From: Nitrosopumilales archaeon
Lineage (GTDB): Archaea > Thermoproteota > Nitrososphaeria > Nitrososphaerales > Nitrososphaeraceae
DNA length: 64,000 bases
Direction: 5' to 3'
Assembly: GCA_044507735.1 (NCBI GenBank)
Contig: JBIQJB010000008.1
Coordinates: 8,022 to 72,021 of the forward strand
The translations under genes were made by a program, and so were the position numbers. Shown piece after piece: positions 59,900 through 64,000 of this stretch (its first letter is position 1; every line of letters begins with the position of its first letter). Below the pieces are notes generated by a model. The model did no database searches and was not told the origin of the DNA. It saw only the letters and a program-made list of their open reading frames with translations.

Positions 59900-60520
59900 C
59901 TATACCAGCACGCCCTGTTCCTCTATAGGCGCCTCTTCCTTTTTCTTGACTTCCTGAGAGGGGATATTCATCGGCACTTCTGGGAGCTTGGCCTTTGCCT
60001 CGCTCTCCAGCACCCCCTCGATCTCGTTGAGGATGGAAAGGGCGTCTTGGTCCACAGGAGTCGTGATCCTGGCTTCTGCCTTGATGTTTGCGTTGATAAG
60101 CACGTCAGAGGTGATTTCCGAGACCTCAGAGAGCGTCTGGCCGGCAGCCGGGATGGCCTTGCTCAGCTCAGACTGGATGCCCTTTATCATGTCAACCGTG
60201 GGCTCGATGGTGTCGAGGATTTCGGCAAATTCGTTGATCGTGCTGAAGCGGATCACAACCGCCTCAAGCGCCAGGCCAGTGTGCTGAGTAGTCCTACGCA
60301 GCCGCCTCACGTTCGTCAGCTCCATCGCCAAGATCTTTGCGCGGGCGTTGTTTCCTGACTTGATGTTAGACGCTATCTGCTCTAGATAGTATGCCTCAGT
60401 CTTGGCGAACTTTTGATCGAGCGTCTTGAGGCGCATGAGCTGGTTGTAAACCACTCCCGTAGCATTGGTGATCTGGCTCATGAACTGCTGGCGCTTGTCT
60501 CCTCCCATACTTACTACCAT
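59900..60520 (-). CDS. ESCRT-III/Snf7 (CdvB-like) paralog
   Basis: RAKILAMELTNVRR...LALEAVVIRFSTINEF...DALSILNE...KLPEVP. Confidence 0.85.
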   Translation of the reverse strand: MVVSMGGDKRQQFMSQITNATGVVYNQLMRLKTLDQKFAKTEAYYLEQIASNIKSGNNARAKILAMELTNVRRLRRTTQHTGLALEAVVIRFSTINEFAEILDTIEPTVDMIKGIQSELSKAIPAAGQTLSEVSEITSDVLINANIKAEARITTPVDQDALSILNEIEGVLESEAKAKLPEVPMNIPSQEVKKKEEAPIEEQGVLV

Positions 60521-60654
60521 CAGGTGAAACAAAGCTGGAAAACTCCTAATGTTGTACTCTGTGTACAAAAAGCTGCGACAAAGCTGAGCTACGAAAAAAG
60601 TTGTATCGTTAATAGCGATAATTGCACATACACAACTTAGAGTGTTATTGTAGG

Positions 60655-61269
60655 ATGGCGGAGGCAGACGAGGATCACGGTCACCTTTCAAAAAGAGAAC
60701 ACATCGCCAAGCACCTCGGCGCGCGCAAGATCGAGTTCATATCGACGGCAGTGGTGTGCGTAGTTTTTGCGATAAGCTTTGCCCATCTCGAGTACTATTA
60801 CATCAAGGATCCCGCCTTGCAGATCTCAAACGGCAAGGTGGCGGTCACCGACTCGAACTTTGACAGGAGCAGAGAGACAGAGCCTATCATCGGCAACATG
60901 TACCAGTACCACCTCTTTCCCATGCTCTTCATTTTCGTCCTCATCAGCTTTGCAGCCCTCTGGGACGACATGTCCTTCAAGCTGCTCGGCAATCACAAGC
61001 GCATCAAGGCCGCATCTATCGGCATGGCCAACCTCGTCACCGCAATCTTGGTCGAGGATTTCGCGTGGTTTGCCAACAGGTGGGCGGTCCCACTCGAGAG
61101 CGACCCAAAAGGCGGGCTCCTCATGCAGTACTCTGATTGGACCTCGATGCACATGGGAGCGATAGACCTGGGAAGTTTTGTAATACCGGTATGGTACCTG
61201 GTTGCCATAGCGATCGCCACTCTGGCATACTATTTCGGCTTTCGCAAGCACAACAAAATACAACAATAG
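60655..61269 (+). CDS. Membrane protein (4 TM)
   Basis: FAHLEY, YHLFPM, VEDFAWF, DWT..G..IPVWY. Confidence 0.8.
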   Translation: MAEADEDHGHLSKREHIAKHLGARKIEFISTAVVCVVFAISFAHLEYYYIKDPALQISNGKVAVTDSNFDRSRETEPIIGNMYQYHLFPMLFIFVLISFAALWDDMSFKLLGNHKRIKAASIGMANLVTAILVEDFAWFANRWAVPLESDPKGGLLMQYSDWTSMHMGAIDLGSFVIPVWYLVAIAIATLAYYFGFRKHNKIQQ

Positions 61270-61273
61270 CTAA

Positions 61274-61438
61274 CTAACGCTTGTTGACAGTTACTGTAAA
61301 GTCTCCAGGGTTGAGCGCGGCTCCACAGGTCGGGCAGCGCCCGTTCGTTGGGCGGAGTGCGTCTTTGACCGACTTTAGCATCCGCATCTGGTATACGATC
61401 GAGCCACATTTTCCGCAAACAACGTCAGCTGGCAACAT
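61274..61438 (-). CDS. Zinc-ribbon microprotein (54 aa)
   Basis: MLPADVVCGKCGSIVYQMRMLKSVKDALRPTNGRCPTCGAALNPGDFTVTVNKR. Confidence 0.8.
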   Translation of the reverse strand: MLPADVVCGKCGSIVYQMRMLKSVKDALRPTNGRCPTCGAALNPGDFTVTVNKR

Positions 61439-61875
61439 ATGGAGGGAAGCTCCAACAACTGGAATAAGAAAACTGCCCTTGACAGTTTTTTACAAAATGC
61501 GCAGCTGCTGCTACGCTGGATCTTCTTGTTTTGGTGGTTTTGCCTCCCAACCCTCTCTGCTGCCATGAAACCAAGGTGCCGTTGCGACTGCAGGGGCATG
61601 AATATGTGTTCGCCCGGGTCCGGCTCTGCAACAAGAAAAAAAGGGGAAATGCTTGCATCCCCCCAGATTTTTTTTCTTTGGGCCAGGTCATGATCCTGAC
61701 TGCACTGCTCTCGCCGCTAAACAGCATCAGATAGCAATCATGTTATGTGATCGGCAATATTTCTGATCTAGTGAAGGATGCTGTGTGGTGCTTTATCCAC
61801 AACACGCAAAAAAGAGAAAAAGATGAGTATGCCCGCCGGTTCGCAAACAAAAAAACAGGTATAGAGAGGCCGCTG

Positions 61876-62271
61876 CTATTGCTTCTGGAGCATCAGGCCG
61901 TGCTTTTGGTCGTAGCCGACGACCTTGACAGTGGTGCCTATCGGCAAGTCGGCAGGTGTCTTGATGCCCGGCAGAAACCCCGACGCCCTCAACTGCGAGT
62001 TGTCCACCCTGAACACCACCCAAGCGTACGATCCGGCATCCTCAAAGCCCTCCGGAGCCACAGCCTGAATAGTGTAGGTGACAACGGTGCCAGAGCCGTC
62101 AAGCTCGACATGCTCGAACTTGCTGTTGGAGCACTTTTCGCAAAAGAGCACAGTCTCTAGCATCAGGTGGCCGCAATTGACGCATTTGTGAGCGAGTATC
62201 TTTTTCCTGTTTGCTGCTTCAATAAATTTTTGGTGTGTGCTTTCTTCCTGTGCCGACAATTTCTCCATCAT
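61876..62271 (-). CDS. DUF35 zinc-ribbon/OB-fold protein (thiolase partner)
   Basis: CVNCG..FCEKC, GTVVTYTI; overlaps the thiolase stop. Confidence 0.92.
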   Translation of the reverse strand: MMEKLSAQEESTHQKFIEAANRKKILAHKCVNCGHLMLETVLFCEKCSNSKFEHVELDGSGTVVTYTIQAVAPEGFEDAGSYAWVVFRVDNSQLRASGFLPGIKTPADLPIGTTVKVVGYDQKHGLMLQKQ

Positions 62272-63437
62272 TTCCTGTCAACTTTTCTGAATATGTGCAC
62301 TGCGGCGCTTGCGCCGGTGGCTCCAAAGTTGTGTGTCAGTGCGATCTCGGCATTTGGAACCGTGCGCTCGCCGGCCTTGCCGGTGAACTGCTCAAAGACT
62401 TCCACCACCTGCCCTACGCCCGTCGCGCCGATCGGGTGGCCCTTTGATTTCAGCCCTCCCGATGGGTTTACAGGAATTTCGCCCTTGAGGCGAGTGGCCC
62501 CGTCCCTCACTGCGTGGGCGGCCTTGCCCTTGGGGAAGAAGCCGAGGTCTTCGATGTCAATGACCTCTGCGATTGTAAAGCAGTCGTGTACTTCGGCAAA
62601 ATCAATATCCTTTGGAGTCACGCCGGCCATCTTGTAGGCCTGTTTTGCTGCCGCTACGGTGCTTGGGATGGTGGTGATGTCTTCTCTTCCCTGCACAGCT
62701 GCTGGCGACGCACCCCTGCCAGAGCCAATGATCTCTACATAGGGCCTGCCGCTCTTTTTCGCAAACTCTTCGCTGCACAGTATCGTGGCGGATGCACCGT
62801 CAGAGAATGGGCAGCAGTCAAGCAGCTTCAGCGGGGAGGCAACGACTGGCGATTTTAGCACGTCGTCAACCGTGATCTTTTTGCGCACGTGCGCCTTTGG
62901 GTTCAGAAGGCCATTTTCATGGTTCTTGACTGCGACGTGTGCGAGGTCTTCTTCGGTTGCCTTGTGGGTGTGCATGTAGGCTCGGGCCATCGATGCAAAC
63001 AGCCCGGGGAAAGAAGCGCCGTTGCCGCCTTCATAGAAAAAGTCAGAGCAGTATGAAAACAGGGTAGTGCTGTGCACGGTGCCGGTATGAGTTACCTTTT
63101 CGACTCCAAGCGCAAGGACGCAGTCATAGAAACCTGCGGCCACGTTTGCATAGGCTTCCCTGAACATGACTGATCCGGAGCCACAGGCCGATTCGATGGT
63201 AAGGCCCGGGACATGAGATATGCCAAGGTTGCTCATGATGACAGGAGCCATGTGCACCTGCTTGTCTGCAACGCCAAACACGTTTGAAATGTAGCCGGCC
63301 TGGATCTCTTTGGGAGTGATACCAGCCGAGTCAATGGCCTCTTTGGCCGCATTCAGTGCAATCTCGATGATGCTTTCATTTAATTTTCCATATTTGGTGC
63401 TGCCGGCTCCAAGAACGCAGACTTTGTTGTTTGCCAT
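62268..63437 (-). CDS. Acetyl-CoA acetyltransferase (archaeal thiolase)
   Basis: ESACGSG, EVHDCF, GHPIGATG, HNFG. Confidence 0.95.
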   Translation of the reverse strand: MANNKVCVLGAGSTKYGKLNESIIEIALNAAKEAIDSAGITPKEIQAGYISNVFGVADKQVHMAPVIMSNLGISHVPGLTIESACGSGSVMFREAYANVAAGFYDCVLALGVEKVTHTGTVHSTTLFSYCSDFFYEGGNGASFPGLFASMARAYMHTHKATEEDLAHVAVKNHENGLLNPKAHVRKKITVDDVLKSPVVASPLKLLDCCPFSDGASATILCSEEFAKKSGRPYVEIIGSGRGASPAAVQGREDITTIPSTVAAAKQAYKMAGVTPKDIDFAEVHDCFTIAEVIDIEDLGFFPKGKAAHAVRDGATRLKGEIPVNPSGGLKSKGHPIGATGVGQVVEVFEQFTGKAGERTVPNAEIALTHNFGATGASAAVHIFRKVDRK

Positions 63438-63710
63438 CTGTGCAAAAAAGGGGCTCTCTGCATTATAAATATCTTGATTATTGTTGAGCAGAAGAATCAC
63501 GGGTAGTGTGTAGCATGATGGCGATAACAATTCTCTATATCAATGTCCACTAGCGAAGGGTCATGCTACTTGTCGCTCACCCTTTCACAATTCTCCTTTT
63601 GCGTAATTGCCATGCAGCGCAAAATCCTCTGCAGCAGGATACAGGAGAAGATTGTTTTCAAGGAAATTTCGGGATCGGGTTAATATGTTCATCGCGGGAT
63701 CGCCTAGCTG

Positions 63711-64000
63711 TTGTCGCCTCCTCCGCTGTCGCCATCGTCGTCGTCATACACGCTTGTCGTCTGCGAAAAGCCCGACGCTGCGAGGAGGATAGCGCAGGCG
63801 CTTGGCGACGCTAGAGAGTCAAGGCCGGCAGGCATTTCTGTCTTTGACGTGGTGGGCGGCAGTGGCCGCTACTACAAGGTCTGCACGGCGCTTGGGCACC
63901 TCTATGGCCTTGCCGATCTTACAAAGAACAGAAGCGTGTACCCGGTGCTTGATCTGGAATGGGGCCCGGTCGAGAAGAACCCCAAGGCTGCAAGGGCCAT
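63711..64000 (+). CDS. topA: Type IA DNA topoisomerase, N-terminal TOPRIM (partial)
   Basis: SYTLVVCEKPDAARRIAQALG...ALGHLYGL...YPV; runs off window. Confidence 0.88.
   Translation, partial: MSPPPLSPSSSSYTLVVCEKPDAARRIAQALGDARESRPAGISVFDVVGGSGRYYKVCTALGHLYGLADLTKNRSVYPVLDLEWGPVEKNPKAARA

Noticed and set aside
60521-60691. N-terminal extension of the ESCRT-III ORF
   Set aside because: Overlaps the divergent gene and promoter region; ATG 60520 fits Snf7 length
1-64000. CRISPR array, tRNA or rRNA genes
   Set aside because: No regularly spaced 25-40 nt repeats and no tRNA/rRNA signatures found by eye; the ~243-nt periodicity at 1-1545 is protein domain repetition

Overview
Archaeal chromosomal segment. 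Gene content (NitrOD/MEDS signalling proteins, multicopper oxidase, plastocyanin, ESCRT-III paralog, class II RNR, poly-Q/N/T tracts) points to an ammonia-oxidising Nitrososphaera-like thaumarchaeon; this is inferred from gene content, not a database search. The left part (~1-35 kb) looks accessory: a giant secreted polysaccharide deacetylase with HYR/Fn3/chitobiase repeats, glmS, a short UDP-sugar dehydrogenase, three related Lrp/AsnC regulators, MEDS/TIR/HExxH/Ser-Thr kinase genes, copper proteins and an IS630 remnant. The right part is more core-like: pyrB, L24e, JAMM protease, a metal ABC importer with a NikR-like regulator, nrdJ, an ESCRT-III paralog, thiolase/DUF35 and topA. Best leads: (1) an HTH + ATP-cone + catalytically dead class III RNR protein directly upstream of nrdJ, a possible archaeal NrdR analogue; (2) a NikR variant with altered metal ligands and two matching N15 palindromic operators; (3) a TIR-zinc ribbon/MEDS/peptidase/kinase cluster; (4) many microproteins missing from the ORF track, including two paralogous 7-Cys metallothionein-like peptides and a 15-aa Lys-rich peptide with its own promoter and terminator. 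No rRNA, tRNA or CRISPR array was recognised. All calls come from motif reading by eye.
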